This document shows positions 12,001 through 25,400 of a DNA stretch of 64,000 nucleotides, in pieces. Source of the stretch: Balanoglossus misakiensis (lineage: Eukaryota > Animalia > Hemichordata); contig CM082594.2 of assembly GCA_040954595.2 (NCBI GenBank), positions 22,208-86,207 on the forward strand, in the 5' to 3' direction. A program made the translations under genes and the position numbers. The stretch's first letter is position 1. Each line of letters opens with the position of its first letter. The notes beneath the pieces are model-generated. The model was not told where the DNA came from, searched no databases, and worked only from the letters and a program-made list of their open reading frames with translations.

Positions 12001-15000
12001 ATACATGCGATAAGAAACTAATAACGTTTTTAGTATCGTTTTGAGCAGTTTTCTTGCCAAATAATGTTTTTTTGTAATACATTCAAAAGAGACTTTAGAA
12101 TGATAAGCAAAACATTTATATTGCTTATTAAATCATTTTCATATTAAAAACTTAATTTTGGCTTATTTGATTTTTATTCAATACATATACGAATCAAAAC
12201 ATCTATTTTATATCAGTTTTTGGAGTTTATTATATTTTCAGATGAAAATAATTCGCAAACCTAAAAATATTGGGTGTTTTTGAATTTGAAATCAGTATCT
12301 AATAATTTCTATTTAAAAGTGCGTTATGGACCAAATATCGTTTTAGTATTGCATTTAAAGTTTTTGTGCACAAATTAATGGTTATTTAGTAGCATATTCA
12401 AAGAAATGATTTAGAATGAAAGTGTTCTGAAGCCTTTAATCATGTTGCATTCATGTTGAAATCGCTTGTTAAAACATTTTTCATTTGAAGAAAACAATGT
12501 GAATAAAAACGATTTTATTCCTAATTAAACCCTTTAAGTGAAAAATAATGCGTTTCATATCAAATTTCAAAGACGGGTTAAATAAAGATCTCAGGGTGCT
12601 TTTTATGCCTGAATAGTTTGTATTTAAATTTAAAATGCTTTACGGATCATTTTTATTTAAAACCTGATATGGAACAAGTATTGTTTTAGTGTCGTTTTAA
12701 ACAGTTTTCATTCCCAAATAATTAGTTTTTTATCATCTATACAAAGAAAGGTTTAAGAATTACATATTACTGTATTAGAGCTTTAAATATGCGTGCATTG
12801 ATGTATCTATTGTTTATTTAATCATATTTTTTTCAAAATATACAATGTGCATATAACATCATTTTATACCGAATTAAATAGTTTTTTTTATCATATGTTC
12901 TAACAGTGTTTACATGCCTAAATTAGTGTTTTGAAATGTTTCTTGTCTTTTTAAATATAAAAAAGCAATGTGGAACATACATCGTTTTTTATGTCGTATT
13001 GAAAAGTTTTCGTGCCAAAATATTGTGTTTAAGTAATACTTTCAGTGAAAGTTTTTGAATGATTATAATGTGTTTAAAAGCCTTAAATCGAGAGAAAATT
13101 TTTAAAAGGAATTTAGAATGTTTATAATCCTAAATAAGATTTTGTTTGAGTTAAATGTGCGATATGAAGTTTTTGGGCCCGAATAAAGGATGGTTTTATG
13201 TTATGTTCAAAGAAAGGTTTTAGAATGATTTAACAGTTTTCCAAAGGCTTAAATAGGGATGTAAATATATAGAAATTGCTTGTTAAATCATTTCCGTTAA
13301 ACATACGGTTTGTGAATATGACATTGATTTTATAAGGTATTAAACATTTTTTTGAAAAATTAAAGCGTGTTATAGAAAAAAATTTCAAAAAGGTTTTTAA
13401 TAATGACCCCACATTGTTTTTTAGCCTAAATAAGTGGTTTTGAATTTAAAATGCTTATTGAATCGTTTTTATTTAATACATGCGATATGAAACTAACAGC
13501 GTTTTTAGTATCGTATTGAGCAGTTTTCTTGTCAAATAATGTTTTTTTGTAATACATTGAAAAGAGACTTTAGAATGATAAGCAAAACATTTGATCTTTA
13601 TTCAATACATATACAAATCAAAACATCTATTTTATATCAGTTTTTGGAGTTTATTATATTTTCAGATGAAAATAATTCGCAAGCCTAGAAATATTGGTTG
13701 TTTTTGAATTTGAAATCAGTATCTAATAATTTCTATTGAAAAGTGCGTTATGTACCGAATATCGTTTTAGTATTGTATTTAAAGTTTTTGTGCACAAATT
13801 AATGGTTGTTTTGTAGCATATTCAAAGAAATGATTTAGAATGATTTTAAAGTGTTCTGAAGCCTTTAATCATGTTGCATTCATGTTAAAATCGCTTGTTA
13901 AAACATTTTCATTTGAAGTAATCAATGTGAATAAAAACGATTTTATACCGAATTAAACCCTTTAAGTGAAAAATAATGCGTTTTATATCAAATTTCAAAA
14001 ACGGGTTAAATAATGATCTGAGCGTGCTTATGCCTAAATAAGTTTGTATTTAACTTTAAAATGCTTTACGGATCATTTTTATTTATATTTCCTGAAATAT
14101 GGAACAAGCATTGTTTTAGTATCGTTTTAAACAGTTTTCATTCCCAAATAATTAGTTTTTTATCATTTATACAAAGAAAGGTTTAAGAATTATATATTAC
14201 TGTATTAGAGCTTTAAATATGCGTGTACTTATGTATCGATTGTTTATTTAATCATATTTTTTTCAAAATATACAATGTGCATATAATATCATTTTATAGT
14301 GTATTAAATAGTTTTTTTATCAAATGTTCTAACAGTGTTTAAATGCCTAAATTAGTGTTTTGAAATGTTTCTTGTCTTTTTAGATATAAAAAAGCAATAT
14401 GGAACAAACATCGTTTTTTATGTCGTATTGAAAAGTTATATAAAGTGTTTAAAAGCCTTTAATCGAGAGAAAAATTTTAAAAGGAATTTAGAATGTTCAT
14501 AATCCTAAATAAGGCCGTGTTTGAGTTAAATGTGCGATATGAAGTTTTTGGGCCCAAATAAAGGATGGTTTTATGTTATGTTCAAAGAAAGGTTTTAGAA
14601 CGATTTAACAGTTTTCCAAAGGCTTAAAAAGGGGTGTAAATATATAGAAATTGCTTGTTAAATCATTTCCGTTAAACATACGCTTTGTGAATATGACATT
14701 GATTCTATAAGGTATTAAACATTTTTTGTGAAAAATTAAAGCGTGTTATAGAAAAAAATTTCAAAAAGGTTTTTAAAAAATGATCCCACATTGTTTTTTA
14801 GCATAAATAAGTGGTTTTGAATTTAAAATGCTTATTGAATCGTTTTTATTTAATACATGCGATATGAAACTAATAACGTTTTTAATATCGTTTTGAGCAG
14901 TTTTCTTGCCAAATAATGTTTTTTTTTGTAATACATTCAAAAGAGACTTTAGAATGATAAGCAAAACATTTATATTGCTTATTAAATCATTTTCATATTA

Positions 15001-16760
15001 AAAACTTAATTTTGGCTTATTTGATTTTATTCAATACATATACGAATCAAAACATCTATTTTATATCAGTTTTTGGAGTTAATTATATTTTCAGATAAAA
15101 ATAATTCGCAAGCCTAAAATATTGGGTGTTTTTGAGTTTGAAATCACTATCTAATAATTTTTATTTAAAAGTGCGTTATGGACCATATATCGTTTTAGTA
15201 TTGTAATTAAAGTTTTTGTGCACAAATTAATGGTTATATTCAAAGAAATTATTTAGAATGATTTTCAAGTGTTTTGAAGCCTTTAATCATGTTGCATTCA
15301 TGTTGAAATCGCTTGTTAAAACATTTTCATTTGAAGTAAACAATGTGAATAAAAACGATTTCATAACGTAATTAAACCCTTTAAGTGAAAAATAATGCGT
15401 TTTATATCAAATTTCAAAGACGGGTAAAATAATGATACCAGGGTGCTTTTTATGCCCAAATAAGTTTGTATTTAACTTTAAAATGCTTTACGGATCATTT
15501 TTATTTAAAACCTGAAATATGGAACAAGCATTGTTTTAGTATCGTTTTAAATAGTTTTCATTCCCAAATAATTAGTTTTTTATCATATATACAAAGAAAG
15601 GTTTAAGAATTATATATTACTGTATTAGAGCTTTAAATATGCGTGTTTTATGTATCGATTGTTTATTTAATCATATTTTTTTAAAATATACAATGTGCAT
15701 ATAACATCATTTTATACCGTATTAAATAGTTCTTTTTTACCAAATGTTCTAACAGTGTTTACATGCCTAAATTAGTGTTTTGAAATGTTTCTTGTCTTTT
15801 TAAATGTAAAAAAGCAATATGGAACATACATCGTTTTTTATGTCGTATTGAGAAGTTTTCGTGCCAAAATATTGTGTTTAAGTAATACTTTCAATGAAAG
15901 TTTTTGAATGATTATAAAGTGTTTAAAAGCCTTAAATCGAGAGAAAAAATTTAAAAGTAATTTAGAATGTTTATAATCCTAAATAAGATTGTGTTTGAGT
16001 TAAATGTGCACGATGAAGTTTTTGGGCCCGAATAAAGAATGGTTTTGTGTTATGTTCAAAGAAAAGTTAGAATGATTTAACAGTTTTCCAAAGGCTTTAA
16101 TAGGGGTGTAAATATATAGAAATTGCCTGTTAAATCATTTCCGTTAAACATACGCCTTTTGAATATGACATTGATTTTATAAGGTATTAAACATTTTTGT
16201 GAGAAAATAAAGCTTCAAGGGTTTAATAATGATCCCACATTGTTTTTTTTGGCCTAAATAAGTGGTTTTCAATTTAAAATGCTTATTGAATCGTTTTTAT
16301 TTAAAACATGCAATATGAAACAAATAACATTTTACAGCGTCGTATTGTGCAGTTTTCTTGCCAAATAATGTTTTTTTGTAATACTTTTAAAAAAGACTTT
16401 AGAATGATAGAAAACCGGTTCAATGCCTCGAAAAACATTTATATTGGAATTGCTTGCTAAATCATTTTTGTGAATTCTTGCATAATAATTGTTTATAATT
16501 CCAAATATTAAAAACTTAGCTTATTAAATTAGATTATTATAGACGAAAATCATTTCAAAGCCTAAAAATATGGGCTGTTTTTGAGTTTGAAATCATTATC
16601 TAATAATTTTTATCAAAAACGTACGTTATGGACCAAATATCGTTTTGGTATTGTATTTAAAGATTTCGTATGATTTTAAAGTGTTCTGAAGCATTTAATC
16701 ATTGTGTATTAATGTTGAAATCGCTTTTTAAATCATTTTCATTTGAAATAAACAATGTGT
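9005..16760 (+). repeat. Satellite C: AT-rich tandem array, unit about 1.27-1.43 kb, 5-6 copies
   Basis: Marker AAA(G/A)ACGGGT recurs near 9871, 11141, 12569, 13997 and 15416. Units differ by internal indels. Confidence 0.95.
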
Positions 16761-17049
16761 GACAAAGTCTCTCTTGGAAGAGTTATTACTCTCATATCAC
16801 ACAAGCGAGATGGGTGTCGGTAAATGTTGATTCTCTATATATCCACAAGGGGTGTTTATATTTTCGAAAACAAAGTTAATGTTTTAAGCCTTTTTTTAAT
16901 TGGAAATGATAAATGAGTCATTTTTAATTTATACTTGGAATATAGAATAATCATCATATTTGCACCCAAATAATGAGTTTTAAATAATATTTTCAAAAAG
17001 ATGATTCAAATTGATTTCCATTGTTTTGAATCCTTAATAAATAAATTTT

Positions 17050-20000
17050 ATTAATTAGCTGTCAGAGAATTTGTAGGAGTTTGTATTATTGACAGAAGTG
17101 AGTTCTTATATGGTCAGGATCTTTGGTCGTGTATAAAAATTGCAGGTTTTGGTTCGGAATAGCGTAAAAGCGTTTTAAATTAGTTGGGTTAGCAGTACGA
17201 GTTTGGATTTTTGTTACATTAAGAGTTATTTGGGTGGCCTTCGAGTATTGATAACATGCTTGGGCAATGTTAGGGCTAGGGTCAATTTTGATTTGGTTTG
17301 GGATAATTGAGTTATGATAGGTTGGGTGACTGCCAGGATTTAAATTTGTGGTGGGGCTAGTGCGGCTTTGGGGATTTAGGTCTGGGTGCTGATAGGAGTG
17401 CGTGGGAATAGGTTGGGGTAAAGTTGTGTGGTAGTGGTGATAGCTGGCAAGGTCGCGAGCCTTAGTTTAAGTTTGGAGTTGGATCGGTGATTGTTGTTTG
17501 AGTAATAACGTATTTTTTAAGAGTACAATTCTGGGATTGATTTCGGGTCAAGGTTTGAGGTAAGATGTGGATTGTGTCGGTTAAAATTGGGGTCCCAGTA
17601 AGGATTAGGTTTCGGGATGAGTGTGGAAGGATGATATACGGATGATAGATGGGATCAAATCATTGGGCGTGTATTTGCTACAAATGGTAGGTATCGGTTC
17701 GTAATAGAGTCTTGGCGTTGTATATTCAGGGTGGCAGTGGTATGAGTTTGGTTTAGGCCAATCTTTAAGTTAAATATTATTTGGGTTACCACCGTTGAGA
17801 ATTGATGCATTGATGCATTGATGATAAGTGGGGAAAGAATGATTGAGTTTGGTTTGTTTGGGCTATGATAGGTTGAGTGATGGCTAGGATTTGTGGTGGG
17901 AATAAGGTGTGGTCACGTAAGAGATTGAGGCATTATAGGGTCTGGGTGCGGCTTTGGTGAACGAGGCAAGGGTGGTGATGAGGGTGCGAGTAGGAGTATG
18001 TTCGGGTAAAGTTGGGTGTGAGTGGTGTTTAGGTGGTGGGTGATAGCTGACAAGGTCGTGTGAGTTAGTTTAGGTTTTGAGTTGGATCGATGATTGTTGT
18101 TTGAGCAATAAGGTATTTTTGAGAGTACAACACTGGGATTGACTTCGGGGAGAGGTTTGAGGTACGAATGGGATTGGGTCATTGGTTTAAGGTGGGGTTC
18201 CGTAAGGATTAGGTTTTTGGATGAGTGTGGATGAATGATATATGGGTGATAGATGGGATGGGTGATAGATGAATATTTGAAGGGATTAAATCTTTGGTCG
18301 CCTATTTTCTACAAATGGTAAGTTTTGGTTCGTGAAAAAGAGTCCTGATGTATTGTTGGAGTGGCAGTGGTATGAGTTAAGTGTTATTTGGTTGGCCGTC
18401 GGGTATTGTTGGTAGGCTTAGGCTAGGGTCAATTTTGATTTGGTTTGGATTGTTTTGGCATAATACGTTGGGAGACTGCCAGGATTTTAATTGGTGGTTG
18501 GTGTAAGGTGTGGTGTAAGAGATGGTGCGGTTTTGGTGAAGGAGGCCAGGGTGGTGATGGGAGTGCGAGTGTGAATAGGTTTGGGTAAAGTTGGGTGGGA
18601 GTGGTGACGGGGTGGTGAGTGGTAGCTGATTTAGTTTAACATTATAGTTTGATAGGTGATTGGTGTTTAAGTAATATGAATTTTTTTGATAGTATAATTC
18701 TTGCATTGACTTCGGGGTGATGTTTGAGGTACGAAGTTGATTGGGTTATCGGATTAGGGTGGGGCCCAGTAAGGATTAAGTTTCGGGAGGAGTGTGGAAT
18801 GATGATATATGGGATCAAATCTTTGGTCGTGTATTTGCTACAAATGGTAGGTATTGGTTCGTAATAGTCTTGGTGTTGTATATTTCGGGTGGCAGTGGTA
18901 TGAGTTTGGTTTATGCCAATCTTTAAGTTAAGTGTTATTTGGGTTACCACCGTTGAGCATTGATGGCTTGGTTGATGATAAGTGGGGCAAGAATGATTGA
19001 GTTTGGTTTGTTTGGGCTATGATAGGTTGAGTGATGGCTAGGATTTGTGGTGGTCACGTAAGAGGTTGAGGCATTATAGGGTCTGGTGCGGTTTTGGTGA
19101 AGGAGGCCAGGGTGGTGATGAGGGTACGAGTAGGAGTATGTTCGGGTAAAGTTGGATGTGAGTGGTGTTGGGGTGGTGGGTGATAGCTGACAAGGTCGTG
19201 TGAGTTAGTTTAAGTTAAGAGTTGGATCGATGATTGGTGTTTGAGCAATAAGGTATTTTTTGAGGGTAAAATACTGGGATTGACTTCGGGTAGGGGTTTG
19301 AGGTACGATGGGATTGGGTCATTGGTTTAAGGTGGGGTTCCAGTAAGGATTTGGTTTTGGGATGAGTGTGGATGAATGATATATGGGTGATAGATGGGAT
19401 GGGTGATAGATGAATATTTGAAGGGATTAAATCTTTGGTTGTCTATTTTCTACAAATGGTTTGTAAAAAAAGAGTCCTGATGTATTGTTGGAGTGGCAGC
19501 GGTATGAGTTAAGTGTTATTTGGTTTGCCGTCAGGTATTGATGGTAGGCTTAGGGTAGGGTCAATTTTGATTTGGTTTGGATTGTTTTGGCATAATAGGT
19601 TGGGTGACTGCCAGGATTTAAATTTGTGGTTGGTGTAAGGTGTGGTGTAAGAGATGGTGCGGTTTTGGTGAAGGAGGCCAGGGTGGTGATGGGAGTGCGA
19701 GTGTGAATAGGTTTGGGTAAAGTTGGGTGGGAGTGGTGACGGGGTGGTGAGTGGTAGCTGAGTTAGTTTAACATTATAGTTTGATAGGTGATTGGTGTTT
19801 GAGTAATATGAATTTTTTTGATAGTATAATTCTTGCATTGACTTCGGGGTGATGTTTGAGGTACGAAGTTGATTGGGTTATCGGATTAGGGTGGGGGCCC
19901 AGTAAGGATTAAGTTTCGGGATGAGTGTGGAATGATGATATATGGGATCAAATCTTTGGTCGTGTATTTGCTACAAATGGTAGGTATTGGTTCGTAATAG

Positions 20001-21700
20001 AGTCTTGGTGTTGTATATTTCGGGTGGCAGTGGTATGAGTTTGGTTTATGCCAATCTTTAAGTTAAGTGTTATTTGGGTTACCACCGTTGAGCATTGATG
20101 GCTTGGTTGATGATAAGTGGGGCAAGAATGATTGAGTTTGGTTTGTTTGGGCTATGATAGGTTGAGTGATGGCTAGGATTTGTGGTGGTCACGTAAGAGA
20201 TTGAGGCATTATAGGGTCTGGTGCGGTTTTGGTGAAGGAGGCCAGGGTGGTGATGAGGGTACGAGTAGGAGTATGTTCGGGTAAAGTTGGATGTGAGTGG
20301 TGTTGGGGTGGTGGGTGATAGCTGACAAGGTCGTGTGAGTTAGTTTAAGTTTAGAGTTGGATCGATGATTGGTGTTTGAGCAATAAGGTATTTTTTGAGA
20401 GTACAATACTGGGATTGACTTCGGGTAGGGGTTTGAGGTACGACTGGGATTGGGTCATTGGTTTAAGGTGGGGTTCCAGTAAGGATTTGGTTTTGGGATG
20501 AGTGTGGATGAATGATATATGGGTGATAGATGGGATGGGTGATAGATGAATATTTGAAGGGATTAAATCTTTGGTCGTCTATTTTCTACAAATGGTTTGT
20601 AAAAAAAGAGTCCTGATGTATTGTTGGAGTGGCAGCGGTATGAGTTAAGTGTTATTTGGTTTGCCGTCGGGTATTGATGGTAGGCTTAGGGTAGGGTCAA
20701 TTTTGATTTGGTTTGGATTGTTTTGGCATAATAGGTTGGGTGACTGCCAGGATTTAAATTTGTGGTTGGTGTAAGGTGTGGTGTAAGAGATGGTGCGGTT
20801 TTGGTGAAGGAGGCCAGGGTGGTGATGGGAGTGCGAGTGTGAATAGGTTTGGGTAAAGTTGGGTGGGAGTGGTGACGGGGTGGTGAGTGGTAGCTGAGTT
20901 AGTTTAACATTATAGTTTGATAGGTGATTGGTGTTTGAGTAATAAGAATTTTTTTGATAGTATAATTCTTGCATTGACTTCGGGGTGATGTTTGAGGTAC
21001 GAAGTTGATTGGGTTATCGGATTAGGGTGGGGCCACAGTAAGGATTAGGTTTCGGCATGAGTGTGGAAGGATGATATATGGATGATAGATGGGATCAAAT
21101 CTTTGGTCGTGTATTTGCTACAAATGGTAGGTATTGGTTCGTAATATCGTCTTGGTTTTGTATATTTGGGGTGGCAGTGGTATGAGTTTGGATTTATGCC
21201 AATCTTTAAGTTATTTGGGTTGCCGTTGAGCATTGATAGCTTGGATGATGATAAGTGGGGCTAGGGTCAATTTTGTTTGGGTTTGGGTTGTTTGGGCTAT
21301 GATAGGTTGGGTGATGGCTAGGATTTGTGGTGGGTGTAAGGTGTGGAGTAAAAGAGGGAGGCATTATGTGGTCTGCTGCGGTTTTGGTGAAGGAGGCCAG
21401 GGTGATGATGGGGGAACGAGTGGGAATAGGCTGGGGTGAAGTTGGGTGGGAGTAGTGACGGGATGGTGAAAGTGTAAGTTTGGAATTGGATCGATGATTG
21501 GTGTTTGAGTAATAAAGTATTTTTTGAGAGTACAATTCTGGGACTGACTTCGGGGTGAGGTTTTGAGGTACGAAGGGGATTGGGTCATGGGATTAATGTG
21601 GGGTCCCAGTAAGGATTAGGTTTCGGGATGAGTGTGGATGAATGATCTATGGATGATAGATGGGATGGGTGATAGATGAATATTAGGATGGTTCAAAGAT
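17050..21700 (-). repeat. Repeat B tandem array (GT-rich on +), about 1.13 kb dimeric unit
   Basis: Near-identical spurious ORFs at 18377, 19509 and 20645 (period 1132-1136). Marker GTGGCAG(T/C)GGTATGAGTT recurs at alternating about 600 and about 530 bp. Confidence 0.95.
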
Positions 21701-21930
21701 GGATGGTAACAGATGGATGTATAAATGATGGATGAATGACAGATGGATTTAACTTAATTTGATTGTTTAATATAATGTATTTTAATTAATTTGTTTTGTT
21801 TTGATTTAATTTGATTTTTATTTGATTTAATTAATATAATTTATTTTACTCTAATTTAATTTTATAACATTAATAATATGATTTCGATTTAATTTAATTT
21901 CATTTATTTCAATTTGATTTGATTTGAGTG
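21640..21930. repeat. Low-complexity (GGAT)-like then (TTTAA/TTTGA)-like tract
   Basis: Degenerate GATG repeats followed by AT-rich pentamer-like repeats at the end of the B array. Confidence 0.75.
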
Positions 21931-22483
21931 CTATTCCTTTTATTAAATGAACACACGTACACAATAGGTGAATCGGCTCAATGGGCAACAATTTTAATGA
22001 ACTGAAGAAAGAAGAAATTGTACATCGAAGTGAAAGGCTTCCCTAAGGTCACAAAATTTCGTGTATAAAGACTCCATTGTGTGCTCAATCATCCCAAACG
22101 CCAGGGGTCTAACTGCTCTGGATGCTGAGATATGAGAAAGTAAGTCAAAGGTCACCCAAAATTGGGGCATAAAATTTTGACCCCATGGTGGGCCTCCAAC
22201 CAAAACCAGACCTCCAGCCCTATCATGTGACTAATTAAATATTTACGAGCCACTGCAATCATTGGTCCCTATCACCCTACCAAGTTTCAGCCCCATAGGT
22301 TATGCGGTTTTCGAAATCCGGTCGAATTTTGGAGAATTATTAAAGCTGCAAGCAGCGCTGATCTGGAATTATTTATGTACATTATGAATTATAGGAAACA
22401 TAATGCTCTATCAGGTGTTTATCCCAGGCAAGGGTTATACAATACAAAAGCGATGTTATTTCCATATCGCATGTTTTTAATAT

Positions 22484-25400
22484 TTGACCCTTGACTCTCG
22501 ATCTCTAACACTTTACCTTTGACCATTGACCAGCTGTCTGAACTATAACCCTTGAACCCCTTGACCCTCGATCTCCAACTCTTAAACCCTTGACCTTTGA
22601 CCCTTGAACTCTAACATTTGACCCTTGAGTCTTGATCTCTAACCCTTGACCTTAGACCCTTGAACCCAAAACTCTTGACTCTTGAACCTGACCACTGACC
22701 CTGCTTGACCCATCAACTATAATCCTTGACCTTTGACCCTTGACCCCTTGACCCCTTGACCCTCAATCTCCAACTCTTAAACTCTAACCATTGACCTTTG
22801 AACTCTAATCCTTGACCATTGAACTCCAACACTTGATCCTTGACCACTTGAACCTTGGACTCTAACCATTGAACCTTTGACCCATGACCTCCAACCCTTG
22901 ACCCATGAGCTCGTACCCTTGACCCTTGAACTCTTACCTTGACCCTTGAACTCTTACCTTTGACATTTGATCTCTAACCCTTGACCTATGACCTTTGAAA
23001 TCTAACCTTTGACCCTTGAAACAAAACACTTGACCCTTAAACCCTAAACTTAACAACTGACCCATAATGCTTGACCCTTAAACCCTTGACCCTTAAACTA
23101 TAACCCTTGAACGTCAACTGTTGACCCATCAACTATAATCCATGACCTTTGACCCTTGATCTCCAACTCTTGAACTCTAACCCCTGACCTTTGTCGCTTG
23201 AACTCTAACCCTTGACCCTTGAACTCGAACCCTTTAACTGTAACATTTGACCCTTGAACTCTTATCCTTGACATTTGATCTCTAACCCTTGACCTTTGAC
23301 CCTTGATATTTAACCCTTGACCCTTGAAACAAAATTCTTGATCCTTGAACCCAAAACTTGACAACTGACCCTGAATGCTTGACCCTTAAACCCTTGACCC
23401 TAGAACCCTTGACCATTAAACTCTAACCCTTGAACGCCAACTGTTGACCCATCAACAATAATCCTTGACCTTTGACCCTTGACCCCTTGATCTCCAACTC
23501 TTGAACTCTAACCCTTGACCTTTGACCCTTGAACTCAAATCCTTGGCTGGTGAACTCTAACCCTTGACCGTTGAACTCAAATCCTTGACCCTTGACCCCT
23601 TGAACTCTAACCCTTGATCCTTGTGCTCATAGCCTTGACCCTTGACCCCCTTGACCCTCGATCTCCAACTCTTGAACTCTAACCCTTGACCCTTGACCCC
23701 TTGAACTCTAACCCTTGATCCTTGACCCCTTGAACCTTGGACTCCAACCATTAAACCTTTGACCCATGAACTCTAACACTTGACCCTTGAGCTCTTACCC
23801 TTGACCCCATGACCCTCGATCTCCAACTCTTGAACTCTAACTCTTGACCCCTTGAACCTTGGACTCTGGCCATTGAACCTTTGACCCATGAACTCCAACC
23901 CTTGACCCTTGAGCTCTTACCCTTGAACCTTTGACCCTCAATCTCCAACTCTTTAACTCTAACCCTTGACCTTTGACCCTTGAACTCTTACCCTTGACTA
24001 TTGATCTCTAACCCTTGATCTTTGACCCTTGAACTCTAACCCTTGAACTCTCTCTTCTCCTCCCCCTCACTCTCCATCCCATTCTCTCTCCGTTACTCTC
24101 TAATAATAAATGTTAAACCCTAAACTTGACAACTGAGCCTTAATGCTTGACCCTTACACCCTTGACCCTAGAACCCTTGACCATTAAACTCTAACCCTTG
24201 AACGCCAACTGTTGACCCACCAACTATAATCCTTGATCTTTGACCCTTGACCTTTGACCCTTGAACTCTAATCCTTCACTCTTGAACTCTAACATTTGAC
24301 CCTTGAGTCATGATCTCTCACCCTTGACCTTTGACCCTTGAAATTTAACTCTTGAACCCAAAACTCTTGACCCTTGAACCTTACCACTGACCCTGCTTCA
24401 CCCTTAAACCCTTGACCATTAAACTCTAACACTTGACCTTTGAACTCTAATCCTTGACCTTTGACCCCTTGACCACTTGAACCTTGGACTCTAACCATTG
24501 AACCCTTGACCCATGAACTCCAACCCTTGACCCATGTGCTCTTACCCTTGACCCTTAACTTTACCCTTGACCCTTGAACTCTTACCCTTGACATTTGATC
24601 TCTAACCCTTGACCTTTGAAAAAAACTCTTGACCCTTAAACCCTAAACTTGACAACTGACCCTTAAACTGTAACCCTTGAACATCAACTGTTGACCCATC
24701 AACTATAATCCTTGACCTTTGACCCTTGATCTCCAACTCGTGAACTCTAACCCTTGAACTCAAATCCTTGACCCAGGACCCCTTGACCATTGAGTTCTAA
24801 CCCTTGACCCTTGAACCTTGGACTCTAACCCTTGACCCTCGATCTCCAAGTCTTGAACTCTAACCCTTGACCTTTGACCCTTGAACTCTAATCCTTGACC
24901 CCTTGAACCATGGACTCAAACCATTGAACCTCTGACCCATGAACTCCAACCCTTGACCCTTGAGCTCTTACCCTTGACCCCTTGACCCTCGATCTCCAAC
25001 TGTTGAACTCTAACCCTTGACCTTTGACCATTGAACTCTAACCCTTGACCCTTGAACTCTAACATTTGACCCTTGAACTCTTACCCTTGACTCTTGATCT
25101 CTAACCCTTGAACTCTAACCCTTGAACTCTCACATTTGACCCTTGAACTCTTACCCTTGACATTTGATCTATAACCCTCGACCTTTGAGCCTTGAAATCT
25201 AACCCTTGACCCTTGAAACTAAACTCTTGACCCTTAAACCCTAAACTTGATAACTGACCCTTAATGCTTGACCTTTAAACCCTTGACCCTAGAACCCTTG
25301 ACCATTAAACTCTAACCCTTGAACGCCAACTGTTGACCCATCAACTATAATCCTTGACCTTTGCGCCTTGACCCCTTGAACTCTAACCCTTGACCTTTGA

